A stretch of 64,000 nucleotides of DNA from the NCBI RefSeq assembly GCF_013167455.1, contig NZ_CP038328.1. One strand, 5' to 3'. Within the stretch, counting starts at the first letter, position 1. Every line of letters starts with the position of its first letter. A program made the position numbers and the translations under genes. The notes under the pieces were generated by a model. That model ran no database searches, was not told where the DNA came from, and worked only from the letters and a program-made list of their open reading frames with translations. Below are positions 28,238-39,287 of this stretch, one piece after another. Source of the stretch: Escherichia coli O157:H7. Lineage in GTDB: Bacteria; Pseudomonadota; Gammaproteobacteria; Enterobacterales; Enterobacteriaceae.

Positions 28238-28313
28238 TGGCGTCCCCTAGGGGATTCGAACCCCTGTTACCGCCGTGAAAGGGCGGTGTCCTGGGCCTCT
28301 AGACGAAGGGGAC
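28238..28313 (-). tRNA. gltV: tRNA-Glu (UUC) in 16S-23S spacer
   Basis: Reverse complement GTCCCCTTCGTCTAGAGGCCCAGGACACCGCCCTTTCACGGCGGTAACAGGGGTTCGAATCCCCTAGGGGACGCCA. Confidence 0.95.
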
Positions 28314-28398
28314 GTATCAGTCTGCTTCGCAAGACGCCTTGCTTTTCACTTTCTATCAGACAATCTGTGTGAGCACTGCAAAGTACGCTTCTTTAAGG

Positions 28399-29940
<1,542 letters not shown>

Positions 29941-30123
29941 AAAAGTTTGATGCTCAAAGAATTAAACTTCGTAATGAATTACGTGTTCACTCTTGAGACT
30001 TGGTATTCATTTTTCGTCTTGCGACGTTAAGAATCCGTATCTTCGAGTGCCCACACAGATTGTCTGATAAATTGTTAAAGAGCAGTTGCGACGCGGCTTT
30101 CAGCTCACTGTCGCGAGGTGGCG

Positions 30124-30152
30124 TATATTACGCTTTCCTCTTTCAGAGTCAA
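30124..30152 (-). promoter_or_regulatory. rrnE P2 promoter
   Basis: Minus strand TTGACTCTGAAAGAGGAAAGCGTAATATAC (-35 TTGACT, -10 TAATAT). Confidence 0.8.
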
Positions 30153-30234
30153 CCCTGAATTTCAGAATTTTTCTCTTCAACCGAACCGGCTGTTTGTGTG
30201 AAGTGATTCACATCCGCCGTGTCGATGGAGGCGC

Positions 30235-30262
30235 ATTATAGGGAGTTCTCCGCAGGCCGCAA
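30235..30262 (-). promoter_or_regulatory. rrnE P1 promoter with upstream AT-rich UP/Fis region
   Basis: Minus strand TTGCGGCCTGCGGAGAACTCCCTATAATGCGCC (-35 TTGCGG, -10 TATAAT, GC-rich discriminator); AT-rich sequence further upstream. Confidence 0.8.
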
Positions 30263-30433
30263 TAGAAAAATTGCAGAAAAATGACTGACTGCTGCATTCC
30301 CCAGCAAAACCCCGCTTTATACCTTTTTACGCACAGAGTTATCCACAATCATCAGCGTTATTTCTCTATTTCTCCCACGCTAATCGGGGGCAAAATCGTG
30401 ATCGCCATCGAATTAAAAAAATTCGCGAGCGTT

Positions 30434-30455
30434 GCGCAAACGTTTTCGTTACAAT
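30434..30455 (+). promoter_or_regulatory. PurR operator overlapping purHD promoter -10
   Basis: GCGCAAACGTTTTCGT resembles the PurR box, followed by TACAAT. Confidence 0.7.
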
Positions 30456-30556
30456 GCGGGCGAAAAATAAGGATGCCCCGTTAGGGGCGTTAGCTGAGTT
30501 TTTCGCGAAAAATTCAGCTAACGCTCTCTGTAATAGTCAAATCCAGGGGATTTACC

Positions 30557-32146
30557 ATGCAACAACGTCGTCCAGTCCGCCGCGCTCTGCTCAGTGTTTC
30601 TGACAAAGCCGGTATCGTCGAATTCGCCCAGGCACTTTCCGCACGCGGTGTGGAGCTGCTGTCTACAGGGGGCACTGCCCGTCTGTTAGCAGAAAAAGGT
30701 CTGCCGGTAACCGAAGTTTCCGATTACACCGGTTTCCCGGAGATGATGGATGGACGCGTGAAGACCCTGCATCCGAAAGTACATGGTGGCATTCTGGGCC
30801 GTCGCGGCCAGGACGATGCCATTATGGAAGAACATCAGATCCAGCCTATCGATATGGTGGTTGTTAACCTGTATCCGTTCGCCCAGACCGTGGCCCGTGA
30901 AGGTTGCTCGCTGGAAGATGCGGTTGAGAACATCGATATCGGCGGCCCAACGATGGTGCGCTCCGCCGCCAAGAACCATAAAGATGTCGCAATCGTGGTG
31001 AAGAGCAGCGACTACGACGCCATTATTAAAGAGATGGATGACAACGAAGGATCGCTGACGCTTGCAACCCGTTTCGACCTCGCCATCAAAGCCTTCGAAC
31101 ACACTGCCGCCTACGACAGCATGATTGCCAACTACTTCGGCAGCATGGTTCCGGCTTATCACGGTGAAAGCAAAGAAGCCGCCGGTCGCTTCCCACGCAC
31201 GCTGAACCTGAACTTCATTAAGAAGCAGGATATGCGTTACGGCGAGAACAGCCACCAGCAGGCTGCCTTCTATATAGAAGAGAATGTGAAAGAAGCCTCC
31301 GTTGCTACCGCAACCCAGGTTCAGGGTAAAGCCCTCTCTTATAACAACATCGCCGATACCGATGCGGCGCTGGAGTGCGTGAAAGAGTTCGCCGAGCCGG
31401 CATGTGTGATTGTGAAGCACGCCAACCCTTGCGGCGTGGCTATCGGCAATTCAATTCTTGATGCTTACGATCGCGCGTACAAAACCGACCCGACCTCCGC
31501 ATTCGGCGGCATCATTGCCTTTAACCGCGAGCTGGATGCGGAAACCGCACAGGCCATCATTTCTCGTCAGTTTGTTGAAGTGATTATTGCGCCGTCCGCC
31601 AGCGAAGAAGCCCTGAAAATCACCGCCGCCAAACAGAATGTACGCGTTCTGACCTGCGGTCAGTGGGGCGAGCGTGTTCCGGGTCTTGATTTCAAACGCG
31701 TGAACGGCGGTCTGCTGGTTCAGGATCGCGATCTGGGCATGGTCGGTGCGGAAGAACTGCGCGTCGTCACCAAACGTCAGCCGACCGAACAGGAACTGCG
31801 TGATGCGCTGTTCTGCTGGAAAGTGGCGAAGTTCGTGAAATCCAATGCTATCGTCTATGCCAAAAACAATATGACCATCGGTATTGGCGCGGGCCAGATG
31901 AGCCGCGTGTACTCCGCGAAAATCGCCGGTATTAAAGCTGCCGATGAAGGCCTGGAAGTGAAAGGTTCCTCGATGGCTTCTGACGCGTTCTTCCCGTTCC
32001 GCGACGGTATTGATGCCGCCGCCGCTGCGGGCGTGACCTGCGTAATCCAGCCTGGCGGTTCCATCCGTGATGACGAAGTGATTGCCGCCGCCGACGAGCA
32101 CGGTATTGCGATGCTCTTCACCGATATGCGCCACTTCCGCCATTAA
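30557..32146 (+). CDS. purH: bifunctional AICAR transformylase / IMP cyclohydrolase
   Basis: 529-aa [44 protein letters not shown]... matches PurH. Confidence 0.96.
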   Translation: MQQRRPVRRALLSVSDKAGIVEFAQALSARGVELLSTGGTARLLAEKGLPVTEVSDYTGFPEMMDGRVKTLHPKVHGGILGRRGQDDAIMEEHQIQPIDMVVVNLYPFAQTVAREGCSLEDAVENIDIGGPTMVRSAAKNHKDVAIVVKSSDYDAIIKEMDDNEGSLTLATRFDLAIKAFEHTAAYDSMIANYFGSMVPAYHGESKEAAGRFPRTLNLNFIKKQDMRYGENSHQQAAFYIEENVKEASVATATQVQGKALSYNNIADTDAALECVKEFAEPACVIVKHANPCGVAIGNSILDAYDRAYKTDPTSAFGGIIAFNRELDAETAQAIISRQFVEVIIAPSASEEALKITAAKQNVRVLTCGQWGERVPGLDFKRVNGGLLVQDRDLGMVGAEELRVVTKRQPTEQELRDALFCWKVAKFVKSNAIVYAKNNMTIGIGAGQMSRVYSAKIAGIKAADEGLEVKGSSMASDAFFPFRDGIDAAAAAGVTCVIQPGGSIRDDEVIAAADEHGIAMLFTDMRHFRH

Positions 32147-32157
32147 TGGAGCGACAG

Positions 32158-33447
32158 ATGAAAGTATTAGTGATTGGTAACGGCGGGCGCGAGCACGCGC
32201 TGGCCTGGAAAGCGGCCCAGTCGCCGCTGGTTGAGACTGTTTTTGTTGCTCCGGGTAACGCAGGCACAGCGCTGGAACCCACGCTGCAAAACGTCGCTAT
32301 CGGCGTGACCGATATCCCGGCGCTGCTGGATTTCGCGCAAAACGAAAAGGTAGATCTAACCATCGTCGGCCCGGAAGCGCCGCTGGTGAAAGGCGTGGTC
32401 GATACCTTCCGCGCCGCCGGGATGAAAATCTTCGGCCCAACCGCAGGCGCCGCACAGCTGGAAGGCTCGAAAGCGTTTACTAAAGATTTCCTGGCCCGCC
32501 ATAACATTCCTACGGCGGAATATCAGAACTTCACCGAGGTAGAACCTGCGCTGGCGTATCTGCGTGAGAAAGGCGCGCCAATCGTCATTAAAGCGGACGG
32601 TCTGGCTGCCGGGAAAGGCGTTATCGTGGCGATGACGCTGGAAGAAGCGGAAGCGGCTGTTCACGATATGCTGGCGGGCAACGCGTTTGGCGACGCGGGT
32701 CATCGCATCGTTATCGAAGAGTTCCTCGACGGCGAAGAAGCGAGCTTTATCGTGATGGTGGACGGCGAGCATGTGCTGCCGATGGCCACCAGCCAGGATC
32801 ACAAACGCGTAGGCGATAAAGATACCGGGCCGAACACGGGCGGAATGGGCGCTTACTCTCCTGCGCCGGTAGTGACAGATGACGTTCATCAGCGCACGAT
32901 GGAACGTATCATCTGGCCAACCGTGAAAGGCATGGCGTCGGAAGGCAACACCTACACCGGTTTTCTCTACGCGGGCCTGATGATCGACAAACAGGGCAAT
33001 CCGAAGGTTATCGAATTTAACTGCCGCTTTGGCGATCCAGAAACCCAGCCGATTATGCTGCGCATGAAGTCCGATCTTGTTGAACTCTGCCTGGCGGCCT
33101 GTGAAGGCAAACTAGACGAGAAAACGTCAGAGTGGGATGAACGTGCTTCTCTCGGCGTGGTGATGGCTGCGGGTGGATATCCGGGCGATTACCGCACCGG
33201 TGACGTGATCCACGGCCTGCCGCTGGAAGAAGTGGAAGACGGCAAAGTGTTCCACGCGGGCACAAAACTGGCGGATGACGAGCAGGTGGTAACCAGCTGC
33301 GGGCGCGTACTGTGCGTCACCGCGCTGGGTCATACCGTAGCAGAAGCACAGAAACGCGCCTATGCCTTAATGACCGATATCCACTGGGACGACTGCTTCT
33401 GCCGGAAAGATATCGGCTGGCGCGCTATCGAACGCGAGCAGAACTAA
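32158..33447 (+). CDS. purD: phosphoribosylamine-glycine ligase
   Basis: Start at ATG 32158 giving MKVLVIGNGGREHALAWK... (429 aa) matching PurD. Confidence 0.95.
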   Translation: MKVLVIGNGGREHALAWKAAQSPLVETVFVAPGNAGTALEPTLQNVAIGVTDIPALLDFAQNEKVDLTIVGPEAPLVKGVVDTFRAAGMKIFGPTAGAAQLEGSKAFTKDFLARHNIPTAEYQNFTEVEPALAYLREKGAPIVIKADGLAAGKGVIVAMTLEEAEAAVHDMLAGNAFGDAGHRIVIEEFLDGEEASFIVMVDGEHVLPMATSQDHKRVGDKDTGPNTGGMGAYSPAPVVTDDVHQRTMERIIWPTVKGMASEGNTYTGFLYAGLMIDKQGNPKVIEFNCRFGDPETQPIMLRMKSDLVELCLAACEGKLDEKTSEWDERASLGVVMAAGGYPGDYRTGDVIHGLPLEEVEDGKVFHAGTKLADDEQVVTSCGRVLCVTALGHTVAEAQKRAYALMTDIHWDDCFCRKDIGWRAIEREQN

Positions 33448-34769
33448 CGCGACAATTTTGCCAACAGCGTTTTGCGCGTGATCCCTAACTGACGGGCGGC
33501 TTCGGTTTTGTTGCCGCCCGTTTTCTCCAGTGCCGCCAGAATCACTTCTTTTTCGACTTCCACCAGCGGCTGAATATCCAGGCTTTGTGCCAGCGGGATC
33601 GGCGTACTGGCAATCGCCAGCGGCAGCTCGCGTTCGGAAATATATTCCCCAGTCAGCAGCACCACCGCCCGTTCCACCGCATTTTCCAGTTCACGAATAT
33701 TTCCCGGCCAGTCGTAATGAATCAACAGATCCATCGCCTGGGGCGTAAAGCCTTTTACCGCCTTGCGATTACGTTCAGCAAAGCGCTGCAGAAAATGGCC
33801 AGCCAGCAGAGGAATATCTTCCCGCCGTTGCCGCAGCGATGGTACTTCAATCGCCACCACGTTCAGGCGATAGTAGAGATCCTGGCGAAAACGCCCGGCA
33901 TTCACCTCTGCGGCAAGATCGCGATGGGTCGCGGCAATCAGCCGGACATCAACCGAAATAGTCTGGTTGCTACCGACACACTGAACTTCGCGCTCCTGAA
34001 TCGCACGCAGCAGACGCACCAGCATCATCGGCGAGATATCGCCAATTTCATCGAGAAACAACGTGCCGCCGTCCGCCTCAACAAAGCGCCCTTCCCGGCG
34101 TTTATCGGCTCCAGTAAACGCCCCTTTTTCGTGACCGAACAATTCAGATTCCAGCAAGGATTCGTTGAGTGCCGCACAGTTGAGCGTTACCAGCGGTTTT
34201 TCGCTACGTGCGCTACTGGCGTGAATCGCCCTGGCGACCAGCTCTTTACCGGTGCCGGAATCGCCGTGGATCAGCACCGTGGCTTCCGATGGCGCGACGA
34301 GGGCGATTTCACTGAGCAGGTGTTGCATCGCCGGGCTTTTACCGACCATACCGAACTGGCTGGCAGTCACCGCAGGCGTTTCAGCATCAATAATGTGCGT
34401 ATGCGCGAGCGCCTTTTCCAGCGTCGCCTGCAGGTTATCGAAATCCAGCGGCTTGATGAGATAATCCAGCGCCCCGGTTTTCAACGCCTCTACCGCCGTC
34501 TCGACGCTAGAGTATGCGGTCATAATCAGTACCGGAATCGCCGGATTTAACGCTTTGATCTCTTTTAGCGTGGCAATGCCGTCCATCTCCGCCATTCGCA
34601 CATCGCAAAGCACAAGATCAAAAACCCGCTCCCGCACCTGCTCCAGCGCCTGTCGCCCGCTGTTCGCCAGCGCGACGTTATAGCCCCAGCCGCGCAGCAA
34701 AGCCTGCAAAATAGTGCAGTGGCTAATGTCATCATCCACCACCAGAATATCGATATTATCGTGCGTCAT
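33444..34769 (-). CDS. zraR: sigma54-dependent response regulator ZraR
   Basis: 441-aa ORF with receiver domain, AAA+ sigma54-activator core (GESGTGKE-type Walker A, GAFTGA) and C-terminal HTH. Confidence 0.93.
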   Translation of the reverse strand: MTHDNIDILVVDDDISHCTILQALLRGWGYNVALANSGRQALEQVRERVFDLVLCDVRMAEMDGIATLKEIKALNPAIPVLIMTAYSSVETAVEALKTGALDYLIKPLDFDNLQATLEKALAHTHIIDAETPAVTASQFGMVGKSPAMQHLLSEIALVAPSEATVLIHGDSGTGKELVARAIHASSARSEKPLVTLNCAALNESLLESELFGHEKGAFTGADKRREGRFVEADGGTLFLDEIGDISPMMLVRLLRAIQEREVQCVGSNQTISVDVRLIAATHRDLAAEVNAGRFRQDLYYRLNVVAIEVPSLRQRREDIPLLAGHFLQRFAERNRKAVKGFTPQAMDLLIHYDWPGNIRELENAVERAVVLLTGEYISERELPLAIASTPIPLAQSLDIQPLVEVEKEVILAALEKTGGNKTEAARQLGITRKTLLAKLSR

Positions 34770-36142
34770 CCTTGTGGGTCCTTACGCGTAATATTGACCG
34801 GAAGCCAGAGGGTGAACCTTGCGCCTTTTCCCTCCAGGCTTGCGACCTGAATTGTACCACCGTGTTGTTCAACAATATTATGCACGACCGCCAGCCCCAG
34901 TCCGGTGCCTTCGGCTTTGGTGGTGAAGTACGGGGTGAAGATGGCTTCAAGCTGATCTGCCGCAATTCCCTTACCGCTGTCGGTAACGCTGATTTTCACG
35001 CCCGCGCCGCTTTCGCTGGCCGTCACGCTAATCACGCCATGCTGACCAATCGCCTGAATAGCATTGAGATAAAGATTCAACAGGACCTGAGTCAGCCTGT
35101 CCGGATCGGCCTGAATTTCCGGCAACGTGTCGTTGGCGGTAAAGCGTAACTGGATCTCCCGGCAGTTTGCATCCTGGCTTACCAGCTGTAATGAGTGGTT
35201 AATCAGCGTGTTGAGATCCACCGCCTGCAAAGCCAGATGCGTTGGCTTAACCAGTTCCAGCAGCTCGCTTACCACGCGGTTTAAACGGTCAGCTTCTTTC
35301 GCCATCACCTGCGCCAGTTGATGCGCTTCTCCCCCTGCTGGCGCGCGCTCGGCAAAGTATTTTGCCAGCCCTTTAATCGAGGAAAGCGGGTTACGAATTT
35401 CGTGGGCAACGCCTGCCGCAAGATGCCCCAGCGCCACCAGCTTCTCTTTGCGCTTCATTTCATCTTGTAGAAGCTGGCGCGAGCGCAGATAGCGGCGATA
35501 CCAGAAGAATGACAATACGCTTGCCAGCAAGACCGTCGCCAGGGCGAAGAGGATAATCAGGGTGTTTCTCTGCTCACGATCTTCGGCACTCACAATATTA
35601 CTGGCGTCGAAAGCGATGAAAATTGCTTGTGGTGTCGCGGCATACTGCTGCATATGGCGCATCCGGTGCATTCCAGCAGCAAACATCGGTTGAAACTGGC
35701 GATAAATTTCCAGAACAGGCTCGCCGTCTGCGCTATCGATCCGCCGCCACACTTCTTCATCTCCCGGATGTAACTGCTGCATTTCCTGCGGGGAATAAAG
35801 CTGTTTTCCCACCATGCCGGAGTTGCTATGCATCACGATTGTTCCTTGTTCATCCGTGACCGCAAACCAACGTACTCCAGGCTGCCCGGCCATTTCTTCC
35901 AGTAAGGCCTGCTGCTGCGCATGATGCATGCGCATCCCCATGCCGACGCGCGAGCCGGATTCGAGAGCACGAATAAGTACACTGCCTTTTTCCAGCAGCG
36001 TTTGTCTGGCGGCGGCAGTCTCGCGGCCATAATCGCGAATCACCGTCACCGCAAACAACCCTACCAGCCCAACAATGACCACGGGGAGGATCGCGCTTAA
36101 CCATTTAGCTAAGGAGTCTTTAGAACGTTGCATAAAACGCAT
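34766..36142 (-). CDS. zraS: sensor histidine kinase ZraS
   Basis: 458-aa ORF with two TM segments and HisKA/HATPase domains (LAAGVAHEIRNPL); 4-bp overlap with zraR. Confidence 0.92.
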   Translation of the reverse strand: MRFMQRSKDSLAKWLSAILPVVIVGLVGLFAVTVIRDYGRETAAARQTLLEKGSVLIRALESGSRVGMGMRMHHAQQQALLEEMAGQPGVRWFAVTDEQGTIVMHSNSGMVGKQLYSPQEMQQLHPGDEEVWRRIDSADGEPVLEIYRQFQPMFAAGMHRMRHMQQYAATPQAIFIAFDASNIVSAEDREQRNTLIILFALATVLLASVLSFFWYRRYLRSRQLLQDEMKRKEKLVALGHLAAGVAHEIRNPLSSIKGLAKYFAERAPAGGEAHQLAQVMAKEADRLNRVVSELLELVKPTHLALQAVDLNTLINHSLQLVSQDANCREIQLRFTANDTLPEIQADPDRLTQVLLNLYLNAIQAIGQHGVISVTASESGAGVKISVTDSGKGIAADQLEAIFTPYFTTKAEGTGLGLAVVHNIVEQHGGTIQVASLEGKGARFTLWLPVNITRKDPQG

Positions 36143-36173
36143 CTTCTTCTTTGCCTGCTCATCCCTTTCTGAC

Positions 36174-36189
36174 AGCAGAAATCATGCCA
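36174..36189 (-). promoter_or_regulatory. sigma54 promoter for zraSR
   Basis: Minus strand TGGCATGATTTCTGCT with consensus -24 GG / -12 GC spacing. Confidence 0.65.
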
Positions 36190-36240
36190 TCTTTTATCAG
36201 CGCTTACCCTGCGCTGTAACACAAAGGCTTAAGTTTCAAT

Positions 36241-36286
36241 GAGTAAAAATGACTCGCTACCCGCAGCAGGCGAGTCATTTTTACTC
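36241..36286. promoter_or_regulatory. ZraR enhancer: 17-bp inverted repeat between divergent sigma54 promoters
   Basis: GAGTAAAAATGACTCGC ... GCGAGTCATTTTTACTC, perfect arms separated by 12 bp. Confidence 0.75.
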
Positions 36287-36328
36287 GTTTATCATGCCAG
36301 ATTACCCGTCATATCAGCGTTTCATCGT

Positions 36329-36344
36329 TGGCACGGAAGATGCA
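36329..36344 (+). promoter_or_regulatory. sigma54 promoter for zraP
   Basis: TGGCACGGAAGATGCA, exact -24/-12 spacing. Confidence 0.75.
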
Positions 36345-36379
36345 ATACCCGAAGTAAGACAACCACTGGAGGATTAACC

Positions 36380-36805
36380 ATGAAACGGAACACGAAAATT
36401 GCCCTGGTAATGATGGCGCTTTCAGCAATGGCGATGGGATCGACATCTGCATTTGCTCACGGCGGACACGGTATGTGGCAGCAAAATGCCGCGCCTTTGA
36501 CCAGCGAACAACAGACAGCGTGGCAGAAAATCCATAATGACTTTTACGCTCAAAGCAGCGCACTGCAACAGCAACTGGTGACGAAGCGTTATGAATACAA
36601 TGCCCTGTTAGCCGCGAACCCACCGGATAGCAGCAAAATTAACGCGGTCGCCAAAGAGATGGAGAATTTGCGTCAGTCGTTAGATGAGTTACGGGTGAAA
36701 CGGGATATTGCGATGGCTGAAGCGGGTATTCCGCGCGGAGCCGGAATGGGCATGGGCTACGGCGGCTGCGGTGGTGGCGGTCATATGGGTATGGGCCACT
36801 GGTAA
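36380..36805 (+). CDS. zraP: zinc-resistance-associated periplasmic protein ZraP
   Basis: Start at ATG 36380 after GGAGG; MKRNTKIALVMMALSAMAMGSTSAFA signal peptide, Gly/Met/His-rich C-terminus; 141 aa. Confidence 0.9.
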   Translation: MKRNTKIALVMMALSAMAMGSTSAFAHGGHGMWQQNAAPLTSEQQTAWQKIHNDFYAQSSALQQQLVTKRYEYNALLAANPPDSSKINAVAKEMENLRQSLDELRVKRDIAMAEAGIPRGAGMGMGYGGCGGGGHMGMGHW

Positions 36806-36806
36806 A

Positions 36807-37508
36807 TCAGAACGTTTTCTCGTTGGGTTGCCAGCGACAGAAATCAGAGTTTGCCACTAACAGTAATTGCGAACCTTCGGGCGCTTCCAGCCATGCCACG
36901 CTGACATCAACAGAAGAGCGGCTCTGGCGGCGCTCGATATGCGCTATTGCCTGCGAATCTAAATCAGGTTTAATGGTTTGCCCTTCGCAGGTGGTCACGG
37001 TCTGTTCCATCGCATGCCAGCGCCCCTGGCGCAGCACGACTCTCCCCTGACGTAAGGCATCGCTAATCTGGCGGATCTGATCAGCCCGATAACGGTATAA
37101 ATCGATTTGGTCGTTAGAAAGCTGCTGCTTTTCCCCATCGGATTCACGTTGCATAAAGCTCAGATCACCGCGATCGTCAAAACGCGCGCGAATATTCACC
37201 GGGGGTTTGCTGTAAACATTGATATTGATGAGCGTGAGGTTATCGCCCTGCCAGCGATACTCTCGCGTCGTGGTATCGCCACTGCGCCACGGGCTAAACA
37301 CGGCAAGAAAATGCACATTATCGCCGCTGTCTTTTCGCCAGATGCGTACCGCGCCCTGGTCTTCAGCAAATCCACTGGCGGTAAAGGGAGGAAGTGAAGA
37401 GTTGTGACTACAAGCAGTGAGAAACAGAGCGCCAGCCAGCATCAATGATCGACGCCAGAAAGACAAAAGGGGTGAAACCACCCCTTCGTTAAAACTGTTC
37501 ACTGCCAC
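36807..37508 (-). CDS. yjaH: DUF1481-family putative lipoprotein YjaH
   Basis: 233-aa ORF with N-terminal signal/lipobox-like LTAC; conserved position between zraP and hupA. Confidence 0.8.
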   Translation of the reverse strand: MAVNSFNEGVVSPLLSFWRRSLMLAGALFLTACSHNSSLPPFTASGFAEDQGAVRIWRKDSGDNVHFLAVFSPWRSGDTTTREYRWQGDNLTLININVYSKPPVNIRARFDDRGDLSFMQRESDGEKQQLSNDQIDLYRYRADQIRQISDALRQGRVVLRQGRWHAMEQTVTTCEGQTIKPDLDSQAIAHIERRQSRSSVDVSVAWLEAPEGSQLLLVANSDFCRWQPNEKTF

Positions 37509-37514
37509 GCAATC

Positions 37515-37787
37515 TTACTTAACTGCGTCTTTCAGTGCCTTGCCAGAAACAAATGCCGGTACGTTAGCTGCGGCAATTTTGATTTCTTTACCGGTCTGCG
37601 GGTTGCGGCCAGTACGCTCAGCGCGGTGGTTCACTTTGAAGGTACCGAAACCAACCAGTTGTACAGCATCGCCTTCTTTCAGAGACTCAGTAATTGCAGC
37701 CAGAGTGGACTCCAGAGCAGCTTTAGCCTGGGTTTTGGACAGTTCTGCTTTCTCTGCAATTACATCAATCAGTTGAGTCTTGTTCAT
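37515..37787 (-). CDS. hupA: DNA-binding protein HU-alpha
   Basis: 90-aa [93 protein letters not shown]. Confidence 0.97.
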
Positions 37788-37973
37788 AAGTTATCCTTAC
37801 AATGTGTTTATCGCTTGCTAAGCATCGAGTGCGACGGAAATGCCAGAATAGCACTCTCCTGCATACACGCACCGATAGCCACTTTTTTTCGCCCCCCAAA
37901 TGTAGACCAGACGGGGGGCGAAAGGGAAGACTCCAGGTACGACAAATCAGGCGTTAAATCACGTTTTCTGGTC

Positions 37974-38564
37974 TTATTGCTGAAAAATTATACCAATATT
38001 GCTCTCATCCGCCTCACGCAGGTCTGCCCTAAGGCCTTTTATCAGCTCGATATCGCGTTCTTCGCACTCAGCTAAAAGTCGGAATATTTCCCACTGAATG
38101 TCCCATTCTTGCTCTACAGCTGGGTTTTCTTTGAGCTCTTCATCGCTCATTTCGCGACCAGCCTGAGTCATTTCCAGCATCGCAACGGTCGTGATGGAGG
38201 TCTTACTCACTTCCACCGCGTGTTCGAGCGTTTCACCACTCAAACGCGAATGGACCAGTTCACTTAACGCCACGCAGGCATCGATTGCCGGATAAACGCC
38301 GTACAGATCGAAATCGTCGGCTGAAGGAATCGCTTCTTCAAATTTCTCCAGTTGGCTGTCGAAATTTACTTTTGCATCTTTAACGGTCAGCGTTTCCCAG
38401 ATGAGATCGAGAATACGACGGTAAATTTGCCCATCACCAAAACCGGTTTGCTGGCAGAACATGGCGTAATTGGGGTACATGCGTTCGCATAAGCAAGCCA
38501 TGAAAGTGACATGCTGCCAGCTTTCCAGGCGTTCCAGACGCAGATGAATTGGGTTTTGTAACAT
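37974..38564 (-). CDS. yjaG: DUF416-family protein YjaG
   Basis: 196-aa ORF, conserved position between nfi and hupA. Confidence 0.85.
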   Translation of the reverse strand: MLQNPIHLRLERLESWQHVTFMACLCERMYPNYAMFCQQTGFGDGQIYRRILDLIWETLTVKDAKVNFDSQLEKFEEAIPSADDFDLYGVYPAIDACVALSELVHSRLSGETLEHAVEVSKTSITTVAMLEMTQAGREMSDEELKENPAVEQEWDIQWEIFRLLAECEERDIELIKGLRADLREADESNIGIIFQQ

Positions 38565-38606
38565 GTTGAGTTCTCAAATACGGAAATTATCCGCAGTTTA
38601 CCTGAA

Positions 38607-39278
38607 TTAGGGCTGATTTGCTGTATAGCGCACGAACGCCGGACGTTCCGAGGCCACCGCGTCCGCCCAGCGCGTTGGCTCCGGCAGACGATAGCCTTTC
38701 ATGCAGCGTTGTACCCACGCCAGCGCGCTGTCCACGCTGACCCGATGACCAGTAGCGATAAATAGCGGGTTACAGCGCGCTTTGCTGCGCCAGACCCAGG
38801 CCAGCTGCTCGCCTTTATCCATCAGTGGGGCCAGCGCGCCCGGTTCGCTGGAGAGCGGTTCGAATTTACCGCATAGTCGTTTTTTCGCTACGCCAATGGT
38901 CGGCACATCCACCAGCAAACCAAAATGGCTGGCGACGCCAAGACGGCGAGGATGCGAGATCCCATGACCATCGACAAACACTAAATCCGGCTTTTGTGAC
39001 AGCATCTCCCACGCTGCCAGCAGCGCAGGATATTCGCGGAAGGAAAGAAAACCTGGAATGTAAGGCATGGTGGTAGCGATGCGGGCCACTTTATACTCCA
39101 CCAGCTCAAGCGAGGGGTATTTCAGCAGCACCATCGCCGCTCGCGTCACTTCTCCGCCCTGCTCAAACCCGACATCGGCTCCGGCGATCAGATCCGGCGG
39201 ATCCTTATCGAGTCGATCCTCGCGGATCACAGAAGAAGCCAGTTCGATTTGTTGAGCGCGTAATGACGCGAGATCCAT
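38607..39278 (-). CDS. nfi: endonuclease V
   Basis: 223-aa [26 protein letters not shown]... matches endonuclease V. Confidence 0.93.
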
Positions 39279-39287
39279 AATCGCTCC

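Noticed and set aside
33585-34550. 321-aa plus-strand ORF antisense to zraR and similar antisense ORFs in metH, purH and aceA
   Set aside because: Fully contained in well-supported genes on the opposite strand; no independent support
36239-36379. N-terminal extensions of the ORF-track frames for zraP and, elsewhere, sorC, sorM, sorE, iclR, aceA, aceB, purD, thiF, thiG, rpoB and coaA
   Set aside because: Internal start codons with good RBS give proteins matching known N-termini; the extensions run through promoters, operators or upstream genes
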